Shown here in pieces: positions 25,802 to 34,028 of a stretch of DNA of 46,294 bases. The notes below the pieces were generated by a model that saw only the letters and a list, made by a program, of their open reading frames with translations, was not told the DNA's origin and did no database searches. The stretch's first letter is position 1. Every line of letters begins with the position of its first letter. The DNA is from a virus. The stretch lies in the IMG/VR virus record IMGVR_UViG_3300045988_155993. One strand, given 5' to 3'. Made by a program: the position numbers and the translations under genes.

Positions 25802-26563
25802 ATGAAGATTGTTAAAGAAGAAAAACATTTGTATAAGTTTTTAAAAACTGTTTTCGACATTCAAAAGTCGGCAAAACAAAAATATATTATCGGAAATTAC
25901 GGATTTTTATACTTCTATACACCTTATAGAAGTGGGAAATTCTATCAAAAGAGTGAGAAACGTATCGCTATGGAGTATAACTTCAACGAGTATGCATCAT
26001 ACACTCTTTCGCAATTACCTAACGGAGATTTTGAATTAAGAGAAAATGATGCGTTGGTCATTGAACAAATGATTAATTATATGGCTAAAATCAATGATAT
26101 TTTGAACAATGCAAAATTCAGATATTGCATTGACAAAGACGACACTTGTCAACTTGCTAAAATGACTAGTCTTACACATAAAATGCTATGTGATGATGAT
26201 ATGAAATACTTTAGAAGATTTGAAGATGTAGAAGTATTTCAAAATGAAGATTATTTAATTGCAGACAGTAACGTCGTTGATGATGATTTAAACATTCATG
26301 TGTCATTGGCTTTCAATACGTGTGGCCATGAAGTTGAACTTCAAGTTCAAGAAGGCATTTTCAAAACAATTCTTGATGCGGTTTCTGGTGAAGTGGAAGA
26401 AGAACCAAAACAAGAACAAGAAGTTCCTGCAGAAGATGAAGAAGTAGAAAATGAAAATTGCCCTATTACTGATTACAAAGTTGAAACAAGTTTTCAAGAA
26501 GAATTAGAAACTGACCTTGATAATGAGAACCCATTTGCCCAAGAAGAGGAAGAACCATTTTAA
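25802..26563 (+). CDS. Hypothetical protein with acidic C-terminal tail ending EEEEPF
   Basis: 253-aa ORF with RBS AAGGAGAAAAG upstream. Confidence 0.5.
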   Translation: MKIVKEEKHLYKFLKTVFDIQKSAKQKYIIGNYGFLYFYTPYRSGKFYQKSEKRIAMEYNFNEYASYTLSQLPNGDFELRENDALVIEQMINYMAKINDILNNAKFRYCIDKDDTCQLAKMTSLTHKMLCDDDMKYFRRFEDVEVFQNEDYLIADSNVVDDDLNIHVSLAFNTCGHEVELQVQEGIFKTILDAVSGEVEEEPKQEQEVPAEDEEVENENCPITDYKVETSFQEELETDLDNENPFAQEEEEPF

Positions 26564-26565
26564 AA

Positions 26566-27063
26566 GTGATATTTGCAATAGATCCAGGTAATGAGTTTTC
26601 CGCCTATGTTCTTTTGGATGATAATTTAAAACCAATAGACTTTGATAAATGTACAAACGAATTACTTATGAACAAGATAACAGAGCTGTTCCTTTTTGAA
26701 AACATCAAGTGTGATGTAGCAATCGAAATGGTTGCTAGTTATGGGATGTCAGTAGGTAAAACGGTGTTCGACACCTGCGTTTGGATAGGTAGGTTTTATG
26801 AAGCTATTTGGAGATACAGCAATGTAAATCCTACCTTCATTTATCGAAAAGACGAGAAGATGTGCCTATGTCATACAATGAAAGCTAAAGACTCAAACAT
26901 TGTACAAGCTTTAGTAGATAGGTTTGCTCCTGATACTCCTAACAAGGGTAAAGGAACAAAGAAAGACAAAGGCTTCTTCTATGGCTTTAAAAAAGACATT
27001 TGGCAAGCAATGGCTGTTGCATGTACTTATCACGATATGTATATCGAAAAAGGAGAATTTTAA
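26566..27063 (+). CDS. RuvC-like Holliday junction resolvase
   Basis: N-terminal IFAIDPG motif with downstream acidic residues. GTG start coupled to the upstream stop. Confidence 0.5.
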   Translation: MIFAIDPGNEFSAYVLLDDNLKPIDFDKCTNELLMNKITELFLFENIKCDVAIEMVASYGMSVGKTVFDTCVWIGRFYEAIWRYSNVNPTFIYRKDEKMCLCHTMKAKDSNIVQALVDRFAPDTPNKGKGTKKDKGFFYGFKKDIWQAMAVACTYHDMYIEKGEF

Positions 27064-27065
27064 AT

Positions 27066-27299
27066 ATGCCTATAAAATATGTCGATAGAGAGTATAAGGT
27101 CGGTCAAAGATATCTTGTTGATGAACCGTTAGCAAAACATTACGGAAAGATTGTCACAATTTCAAGAATTAAAGATGATTACTTTTCTAGTGAGGTTGAT
27201 GCTGATGTCTATTACACAGTCGAAGGAAACAAATATCAAGAATTTGGTTTTCAACGTCATTCAATTTTTAAGCAGGGGTTGAAGAATATACCGTTATGA
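27066..27299 (+). CDS. Hypothetical protein
   Basis: ATG at 27066 inside the longer 27000 ORF. 77 aa. Confidence 0.4.
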   Translation: MPIKYVDREYKVGQRYLVDEPLAKHYGKIVTISRIKDDYFSSEVDADVYYTVEGNKYQEFGFQRHSIFKQGLKNIPL

Positions 27300-27610
27300 G
27301 TGAATTCAAAGATTTAGTTAAACAAAAAATAGAAATTTGGGCAAATCAAAATTATTATCCACTTCAAAACAATTATAAATCTCTTCAAGAAAAATATGAT
27401 CTTCTAGAAAAAGAAAATAATGTACTTGCATATTCTGTTGAAAAACTTAACAAAAGAGTGTGTGAGTTAAAAGAAGAAACAAATCAATCAAAAAAACAGC
27501 TTGAAATAGCTGAAAAAAATATGTTGCGATATAGAGAAATGGCGCAGAACTATCAAAGTAAAGTTAAAAAATTAGAGGGAACGTTAAGAATGGAGCGTGT
27601 TAAGAAATGA
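27296..27610 (+). CDS. Coiled-coil protein
   Basis: 104-aa heptad-rich ORF. Confidence 0.45.
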   Translation: MSEFKDLVKQKIEIWANQNYYPLQNNYKSLQEKYDLLEKENNVLAYSVEKLNKRVCELKEETNQSKKQLEIAEKNMLRYREMAQNYQSKVKKLEGTLRMERVKK

Positions 27611-28062
27611 ACAACAAAGACGTAGAAATGTTTGAAGGGGCTTTAAGAATGTATTTCTATCTTAAAGAGAAAACAAACTATTTTAACGAAAAAGCAGATG
27701 ATTACTACGTAAAGGCTCACAATGAGTCGAGTGTCATGGGTATGCGCTACGATAGAGTAACAGCTTCTAATGGATGTTCTGTTTCATATGCAGGAACTTC
27801 TATATCTCACAACGTTAAAAAGAAAATAGAATTTGAACAAAAAGCAGAAGCTTGTAAGAAAGCTTACGAGTCGCTAGATGCGTACTATAACATAGAAGCT
27901 AATTTAAAGGCTCTCACGAGTGAGAAATTGAGTTTAGTATTAAGTGTTTACAAATATGGCAATTCGCTCTCTACGGTCTCAAAAATGAGTTCTATGAAGG
28001 TTTCTAAACAAGCTATAGCAAGTAAAGTGAAAAAAACCATTAAAGAAATGATGAAAGAATAG
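27607..28062 (+). CDS. Putative transcriptional regulator (RinA/ArpU-like sigma region-4-type C-terminal HTH)
   Basis: C-terminal segment GNSLSTVSKMSSMKVSKQAIASKVKKTIKEM. Confidence 0.3.
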   Translation: MNNKDVEMFEGALRMYFYLKEKTNYFNEKADDYYVKAHNESSVMGMRYDRVTASNGCSVSYAGTSISHNVKKKIEFEQKAEACKKAYESLDAYYNIEANLKALTSEKLSLVLSVYKYGNSLSTVSKMSSMKVSKQAIASKVKKTIKEMMKE

Positions 28063-28075
28063 GAAGTGAAAGAAA

Positions 28076-28792
28076 ATGGCGATTAGAAAAGAAACCTCAA
28101 AGGGGTATACGGTTATCAACAACCACCTTTTGAAGAATACAGATTTATCTTTGAAGGCTAAAGGATTGTTATGCTTGATGTTCTCATTGCCTGAAAACTG
28201 GAACTTTTCAACAATGGGACTTACTTCAATTGTGAAAGATGGAAAAACATCTGTATGTTCAACATTGAAGGAACTAGAAGAAAATAGGTATTTAATCAGA
28301 ACACCTATAAGAAATGATAAGGGATCGTTTATTGATTGGGAATACCGCATTTTTGAGGTGCCCTATGACCCTTCTGCTGAAGAACTAGATGCTAGTTACC
28401 CACATGCTGAAAATCAACATCTGAACAATCGACCACAATTAAATACTAATAAATCAATTAAAGATAAATTAAATACTAATATATATAAGAAAGAAAGTAA
28501 AAAGAAAGAATTTGAGGATATTTTAAGCAAGATTGAGGATGAAGATATCGTGAATGCTTTGGGTGAGTTTATTGAAATGCGTAAGACCGTTAAGAAACCT
28601 CTTACTGCTCATGCATTGGATCTAAACATCAAACACCTATTTGAGCTTTCAAACGATAAAACAACCATGATTGCGATTATCGAACAAAGCGTTATGCACA
28701 ACTGGTTGACATTCTATGCTTTGAAAGAACAAGATACATCATCTAACAAAAAACCTCAACAATCTATGTATCCTAATGATTTTGCTTTCTAA
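28076..28792 (+). CDS. Replisome organiser / replication initiator (N-terminal phage_rep_org domain, DnaD-like C-terminus)
   Basis: N-terminal YTVINNHLLKNTDLSLKAKGLLCLMFSLPENWNFS and a C-terminal DnaD-like helical segment. Confidence 0.6.
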   Translation: MAIRKETSKGYTVINNHLLKNTDLSLKAKGLLCLMFSLPENWNFSTMGLTSIVKDGKTSVCSTLKELEENRYLIRTPIRNDKGSFIDWEYRIFEVPYDPSAEELDASYPHAENQHLNNRPQLNTNKSIKDKLNTNIYKKESKKKEFEDILSKIEDEDIVNALGEFIEMRKTVKKPLTAHALDLNIKHLFELSNDKTTMIAIIEQSVMHNWLTFYALKEQDTSSNKKPQQSMYPNDFAF

Positions 28793-28804
28793 AGAGGAGT
28801 TCAA

Positions 28805-29356
28805 ATGAAATTAGAAGAAACAAGACAAATATTAAGCATTTTAAAAACAAACTATCCTCAAAGTTTTAGAAATTGGGATATTAAACAATCGCAGGACTTC
28901 TTAAACCTTTGGGCAGAAGCTTTCAAAGATGAACCAGTAGGGCTAGTTGCTACTGCTGTCAAGTCAATTATTTATTCTGATACAAGAGAATTTGCTCCTA
29001 ATATCGGTCAAGTAAAAGCCATGATCCATAAGATTTCAACAGTTAACAACTCCTTAACAGAACAAGAAGCATGGAACTTGGTTTATAAGGCACTTGAAAA
29101 TAGTGGTTATCATGCGGAGGAGGAGTTCAAAAAGCTTCCTCCTACTGTTCAAAAAATTGTAGGAAGTCCTTCTGTTTTAAAAGAATGGTGCATGATGAAC
29201 ATTGACGAGCTTAACTCGGTTGTAGCAAGTAATTTTCAAAGAAGTTATCGTGCAAGAGCTAGACATGAAGAAGAAATGCAGGCATTGCCAAACAGCGTTA
29301 AGGCTGTCCTCGGGAATATGGATCATACAAAAATTGGGTTTAAAGGAGGAAAATAA
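28805..29356 (+). CDS. Helicase loader, G39P-like (loader and inhibitor of phage G40P family)
   Basis: N-terminal pattern ILSILKTNYPQSF...DFLNLWAEAFKDEP resembles SPP1 G39P. Confidence 0.45.
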   Translation: MKLEETRQILSILKTNYPQSFRNWDIKQSQDFLNLWAEAFKDEPVGLVATAVKSIIYSDTREFAPNIGQVKAMIHKISTVNNSLTEQEAWNLVYKALENSGYHAEEEFKKLPPTVQKIVGSPSVLKEWCMMNIDELNSVVASNFQRSYRARARHEEEMQALPNSVKAVLGNMDHTKIGFKGGK

Positions 29357-29357
29357 A

Positions 29358-29534
29358 ATGTACTATATTTTAACAATAATAATTTTAGTTTTAATTGTTG
29401 TTTGCTTGTACTTATACAAATCGTTAAGAAATGTACGAGCTGATTTAGATAGCTATAAGAGAACTTATCTTAATGTTTATGACGACTCTTGTGCATATAG
29501 AAAAAAACAGAGTGATTGTAGAAGGCAATTTTGA
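29358..29534 (+). CDS. Small transmembrane protein
   Basis: MYYILTIIILVLIVVCLYLY followed by a basic tail. Confidence 0.35.
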   Translation: MYYILTIIILVLIVVCLYLYKSLRNVRADLDSYKRTYLNVYDDSCAYRKKQSDCRRQF

Positions 29535-29760
29535 AATAGTCAAAGATTTTATAAGTGTTTCAATAGATGAATTTGAACAATTTAGATATTTTGCAAAACA
29601 CAACTATGTTGCAGGGTGTTTGTTTAAAACGTTCATCAAAGATGGGATTTCTAAAGGATATGAAGAATTAGATAGGGGAGACTCTTATGATTATCCACCA
29701 CATTCAGTTAAAATTCCAAAAGATTTAAGAATAGAAATACTACATGTAAGAAAAAAATAG
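29473..29760 (+). CDS. Hypothetical protein
   Basis: 95-aa ORF whose start overlaps the preceding small ORF. Confidence 0.35.
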   Translation: MFMTTLVHIEKNRVIVEGNFEIVKDFISVSIDEFEQFRYFAKHNYVAGCLFKTFIKDGISKGYEELDRGDSYDYPPHSVKIPKDLRIEILHVRKK

Positions 29761-29772
29761 GAGGTGTAAATT

Positions 29773-30258
29773 ATGATTAAAGTAGAAGAAATCGCTGAAA
29801 AATACAAAGGCTACGAAGTGGACGAGGAGAAACTAAAAGAGTTTCTCACACCACCTAAACCTAAAACAGTATGGGATTTAAAAGAAAGTGATAAATATTG
29901 GTATATTTCAGATTATGGGCAAATTTGTAAAAGTACATGGACTAATTTTGAATGTGAGATTATTAGAAGAGCTATTGGAAATTGTTTCTTAACAAAAAAA
30001 GAAGGCGAATTTGAAGTTGAAAGACGCAAGGTTGAAACTATCTTGTTGAAATACGGTAGAAGAGAGTATAAAAGCAAAGATAATTATTATATGTATTGTG
30101 ATTATTACCAATCACCTTCAATTGAAATTAATTGGTGTGGAAGTGCCCAAAATCAAGGAACTATCTATTATGACACTAAAGAATTATTAGATCAAGCCAT
30201 TGAAGAAGCAGGAGAAGACAATATTAAGAAATATATTTTTGGAGTTGATGCAGGATGA
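29773..30258 (+). CDS. Hypothetical protein
   Basis: 161 aa with RBS AGGAGGTG upstream. Confidence 0.5.
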   Translation: MIKVEEIAEKYKGYEVDEEKLKEFLTPPKPKTVWDLKESDKYWYISDYGQICKSTWTNFECEIIRRAIGNCFLTKKEGEFEVERRKVETILLKYGRREYKSKDNYYMYCDYYQSPSIEINWCGSAQNQGTIYYDTKELLDQAIEEAGEDNIKKYIFGVDAG

Positions 30259-30700
30259 TAAATCAATCACTTTTTACAAGTGAAAAAGATTACTGGGAAA
30301 CACCTCAAGCGTTATTTAATGAACTTGATAGAGAATTTCATTTTACATTAGATCCTTGCTCAACTCATGAAAATGCTAAATGTCAAAAACATTTCACAAT
30401 TGTAGAAAATGGGCTTTTAAAATCTTGGGGGGGGAGACAGTGTTCTGTAACCCGCCTTACGGACGAAACAATACAGGTTTATGGGTTGAAAAATGCTATC
30501 TTGAAGCGCAAAAACCAAATACAACAGTTGTGTTATTAATTCCTGCAAGAACTGATACAAAATGGTTTCACAAATATATTTACAAGAAACATGAAGTTAG
30601 GTTTTTAAAAGGAAGAATAAAGTTTGAATTAGGAGGAGTTGCTAAAAATAGTGCAACTTTTCCTAGTATGCTAGTAATTATGAAAAACAAAAATATATGA
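30255..30700 (+). pseudogene. Phage Dam-type N6-adenine DNA methyltransferase split at a poly-G tract (G8 at 30427-30434; G9 would restore about 148 aa)
   Basis: The upstream ORF carries FTLDPCSTHENAKC. The downstream ORF carries FCNPPYG and ARTDTKWFH...RFLKGRIKF. The frame changes exactly at the GGGGGGGG run. Confidence 0.7.
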
Positions 30701-30729
30701 AAGAATACGTTAAGAAAGGTTAAGAAATC

Positions 30730-31236
30730 ATGAAAATAAGAGAACAATTAAAAGAAATGTTTCAAATACAAAGGGTGTTGAATGAAAATATTTTAGATGA
30801 ATTCGGTGAAGAAGCAATGACCGAAGAAAAATTAGAGTTAGCAATCATTGATGAATTAGGAGAACTAACACATGAACTCAAAGGTGATTGGTGTTGGTGG
30901 AAGAAAACCCAAAAACCTGTTGATAGAAAACGTGTATTAGAGGAATTAGTGGATGTTTACCATTTTGTTATGATAAATGAAATGGAGCGCAGATGTTCAA
31001 GTACAGATGAAGCAATTGATAGTATTTTAAATAAATATAAATTTTCAATTAGTCACTTCAATGAATTAGGGAAAGAAAGACTTGATTGTTTAATTAGCGA
31101 TATTTCAAGTACTTGTGATAAACTCGGGTATTTATTACATTTAACAGAATGTTTGAAATTCTCTTTTGATGAAATCTATCAAGAATATCTCAACAAGAGC
31201 AAAATCAATTATGAAAGGCTTAAAAACGGGTATTGA
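30730..31236 (+). CDS. Dimeric dUTPase-like all-alpha NTP pyrophosphatase (dUTPase_2/MazG-like)
   Basis: Motif ELAIIDELGELTHELKGDWCWWKK...LEELVDVYHFV. Confidence 0.55.
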   Translation: MKIREQLKEMFQIQRVLNENILDEFGEEAMTEEKLELAIIDELGELTHELKGDWCWWKKTQKPVDRKRVLEELVDVYHFVMINEMERRCSSTDEAIDSILNKYKFSISHFNELGKERLDCLISDISSTCDKLGYLLHLTECLKFSFDEIYQEYLNKSKINYERLKNGY

Positions 31237-31451
31237 TTATGGAATCAGAAAAAGCATTGGAACAAGCGGGTTTCTCTAAATTTTATGAGAGTAAGAATGT
31301 GGTTGGTTTTGCATCAATGAGAGACCGACTTAAATTCTATGAAGATACTCAAACGATTTGTCTTTGTGACGAACATTATGAAGTTAGTTTCAGTCCTAAT
31401 ATAATAAAAGCTATTTATCTCTATTGTGAGGAGAAAGGGTGGTTTAAATGA
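31233..31451 (+). CDS. Small hypothetical protein (paralogue of the next gene)
   Basis: 72 aa ending in ...CEEKGWFK. Confidence 0.4.
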   Translation: MIMESEKALEQAGFSKFYESKNVVGFASMRDRLKFYEDTQTICLCDEHYEVSFSPNIIKAIYLYCEEKGWFK

Positions 31452-31702
31452 CAGCACAAGAAATGTTCAAGGAGTTAGGTTTTAGAAAAAATACATCAAT
31501 TTGTTATGGAGTGGATCATATTGTTTATGAAAAAGCAATAGGCAGTGAAGATGATGATTGCGGATTTGATATATTTACAGTTGAATTCAAAGAAGGTATT
31601 TTCACTTACCACAACGCATGGAATAGCGCAATTAAAACGGATAAAGCAATGTTAAAAGCAATCAACCAACAATGTGAGGAATTGGGGTGGTTAGATGAAT
31701 AA
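31448..31702 (+). CDS. Small hypothetical protein (paralogue of the previous gene)
   Basis: 84 aa ending in ...CEELGWLDE. Confidence 0.4.
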   Translation: MTAQEMFKELGFRKNTSICYGVDHIVYEKAIGSEDDDCGFDIFTVEFKEGIFTYHNAWNSAIKTDKAMLKAINQQCEELGWLDE

Positions 31703-32150
31703 AAGAATACTTGATGTTTGTTGTGGATCAAGAATGTTTTGGTTTGATAAAACTAACAAAGATACCATATATATGGATATTAGAGAATTTGAAGATACTC
31801 TATGTGACGGAAGACATCTTTCGGTAAAGCCTGATGTAATCGGTGATTTTAGAAATATTCCATTTGATGATGAAACATTTAACATGGTTGTATTTGATCC
31901 ACCCCATTTAATCAAGGCGGGAGATAATTCATGGTTGGTAAAAAAATATGGAAAATTATCTAACGCTTGGCCACAAGATATCAAACAAGGATTTGATGAA
32001 TGTATGAGAGTTTTAAAGCCGAATGGTACTCTGATATTTAAGTGGAATGAAGAACAAATTAAATTGAAAGAAATCTTAAATTGTATTAATTACAAACCGC
32101 TTTTTGGGAACAAACGCTCAAAAACACATTGGCTAGTGTTTATGAAGTGA
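31695..32150 (+). CDS. Small class-I SAM-dependent methyltransferase (putative DNA N6-A/N4-C methyltransferase)
   Basis: Motif I-like ILDVCCGSRMFWF and motif IV-like VVFDPPH. Confidence 0.5.
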   Translation: MNKRILDVCCGSRMFWFDKTNKDTIYMDIREFEDTLCDGRHLSVKPDVIGDFRNIPFDDETFNMVVFDPPHLIKAGDNSWLVKKYGKLSNAWPQDIKQGFDECMRVLKPNGTLIFKWNEEQIKLKEILNCINYKPLFGNKRSKTHWLVFMK

Positions 32151-32174
32151 AAAAATGATAGGAGTGAAAAATAG

Positions 32175-32387
32175 ATGAATAAATATGAAAAAGCATTTAA
32201 TCATTTGAGAGAACATGCATCATTTGATACTGTGGATGAAATGATTGATATAAAAGAATTAGTGGAAAAAGCAATACCTAAAAAACCATTATTAGCATTT
32301 GCTGATGGTGTTACTGTTGATGGTTCGATTGTTCGAAGAACAGCATTAGTGTGTCCTTCTTGTCAATCGCTTTTAATAGAAGGATAA
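32175..32387 (+). CDS. Hypothetical protein ending inside a zinc-ribbon motif
   Basis: The ORF ends ...VCPSCQSLLIEG, followed by TAA, then in frame KYCHSCGQKPGG. Confidence 0.4.
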   Translation: MNKYEKAFNHLREHASFDTVDEMIDIKELVEKAIPKKPLLAFADGVTVDGSIVRRTALVCPSCQSLLIEG

Positions 32388-32429
32388 AAATATTGTCATT
32401 CGTGCGGACAAAAACCTGGAGGGTTGAAG

Positions 32430-32897
32430 ATGAAAAACTTTGAAAAATATGAAAAAGAGATTAAAGAGATAGTGAATCAAAATAAGCCTATTGCGGTTGT
32501 AAATAATAAACCATGTGTTTGTGAAGGTAAGTGTACTGGATGCAAATTTGATAAAAGTAAAGGCGATATGAGAGGTTGCATAGTAAAAGCTTTTGAATGG
32601 CTCTATGAAGAATATAAAGAACCTATCAAGCTATCTCGTTTAGAATTTGAATTGTTGAAATGTCTTAAAGGTGAAAAACTTGAATATCTAGCAAGGGATA
32701 AATGTAAAGTTTATGTTCATGCATATGGCACTAAACCTCAAAAAGGAAATCTCGGTTGGTTTACGGAGATAAGAGATTGCTGTTGTATGTCTTTATTTAG
32801 TAATTGTTTTAAATTCATCAAATGGGAAGATGAAGAACCTTACAAAATCCAAGATATTTTAGATAATTGCGAGGTGGTTGAGGATGGAGAAGCCTAG
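32430..32897 (+). CDS. Cysteine-rich hypothetical protein
   Basis: ATG preceded by GGAGGG. CVCEGKCTGC and DCCC motifs. Confidence 0.5.
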   Translation: MKNFEKYEKEIKEIVNQNKPIAVVNNKPCVCEGKCTGCKFDKSKGDMRGCIVKAFEWLYEEYKEPIKLSRLEFELLKCLKGEKLEYLARDKCKVYVHAYGTKPQKGNLGWFTEIRDCCCMSLFSNCFKFIKWEDEEPYKIQDILDNCEVVEDGEA

Positions 32898-33138
32898 TAG
32901 AGAAGAATATACAGATTTAAGCACTCAAATGGGTGGTGATGCAGTCCGTTTGTATGTAGAAGCTCTAGAAGCATATTGCAAGCAATTAGAAAAAGCTTAT
33001 GAAGACGTAAGAAAAGGTTTAGATAATGCTTGCAACAAACTGGAAGGTTTATATCTTTGCATTGATGTTTTAACAGATAAAGAATCTAAAAAAGATAAAG
33101 AATACTGGAAAAAGAAGGTGAATGAAGATGTACATTAA
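32884..33138 (+). CDS. Hypothetical protein
   Basis: Internal ATG (MEKPSREEY) within the 32878 ORF. Confidence 0.4.
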   Translation: MEKPSREEYTDLSTQMGGDAVRLYVEALEAYCKQLEKAYEDVRKGLDNACNKLEGLYLCIDVLTDKESKKDKEYWKKKVNEDVH

Positions 33139-33240
33139 TCCATTTGTAGCAGGAATCATCGTTACATTAACAGCAGAAACGTTGATTGTTATTTCAACTC
33201 TTACTTTAATAGCTGTTAAAGAATATAGGAGTGCAAAAAA

Positions 33241-33447
33241 ATGAAATTAAACGAGTATCTAGAAAAACACCAAAATGATATGATTTCTTTATTTGATGCA
33301 GATGCAAATTTAATTGTTAGGTTAAGAGGAGAAAATATGTATAAAAGCATTGGTGATAAGTTGGTTGATGCAGAGATAACAAAATATTATAGAAATCCTC
33401 TTGATAGAGGACGAAAAGTATTTATAAACGTAAGATTAGGAGTTTAA
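33241..33447 (+). CDS. Hypothetical protein
   Basis: 68-aa ORF. Confidence 0.4.
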   Translation: MKLNEYLEKHQNDMISLFDADANLIVRLRGENMYKSIGDKLVDAEITKYYRNPLDRGRKVFINVRLGV

Positions 33448-33448
33448 T

Positions 33449-33694
33449 ATGGAACAAACATATAGTATTTTACAAAGACAAGTGAATTTACAAACTGGGA
33501 AAGTTGCTGTTAGAGTTTGTAAAAAAGGAACAGAAGAAGAGCTTTCTAAAGATGTAAACTATTGCAAATTAAGAAGCATCTTCAATCAAGACTTAACTTA
33601 CTATCTTGTTAAGCAAGAGAATGAAAAAGAAGTTATTAAAATCTTAAAAAAGAAGGTTGTCGAAGAAGATGATCGTTATGTAGAAATTAAATAG
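33449..33694 (+). CDS. Hypothetical protein
   Basis: 81-aa ORF. Confidence 0.4.
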   Translation: MEQTYSILQRQVNLQTGKVAVRVCKKGTEEELSKDVNYCKLRSIFNQDLTYYLVKQENEKEVIKILKKKVVEEDDRYVEIK

Positions 33695-33711
33695 AGGAGG
33701 TTAAAAATCAA

Positions 33712-34002
33712 ATGGTACACGTTATGGATAACTACTACTTTGATGCTGATAGCAACTGTTATACAGCTCTCGAAGATACTTTGAAGAAAGATAAAGACGA
33801 TAAACCAGTTTATCGAACAATCGGCTATTATCCTTCGGCTAAAGATGCTGTAAAAGGAATTGCTAAATACATTCATAAGAAACTTGCAGGGAATGAAGAA
33901 AGCTCAAGCATTGAATTAAGCGAATATATCAAAAAATGTGAAGATGTAAGCATCAAGCTACAAACAACACTTGACGATATTTTCAAAGCTGTTGACTTCT
34001 AA
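33712..34002 (+). CDS. Hypothetical protein
   Basis: 96 aa with RBS GGAGG upstream. Confidence 0.45.
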   Translation: MVHVMDNYYFDADSNCYTALEDTLKKDKDDKPVYRTIGYYPSAKDAVKGIAKYIHKKLAGNEESSSIELSEYIKKCEDVSIKLQTTLDDIFKAVDF

Positions 34003-34028
34003 ACAGATGAAAGGTAGGACATAGGGTC

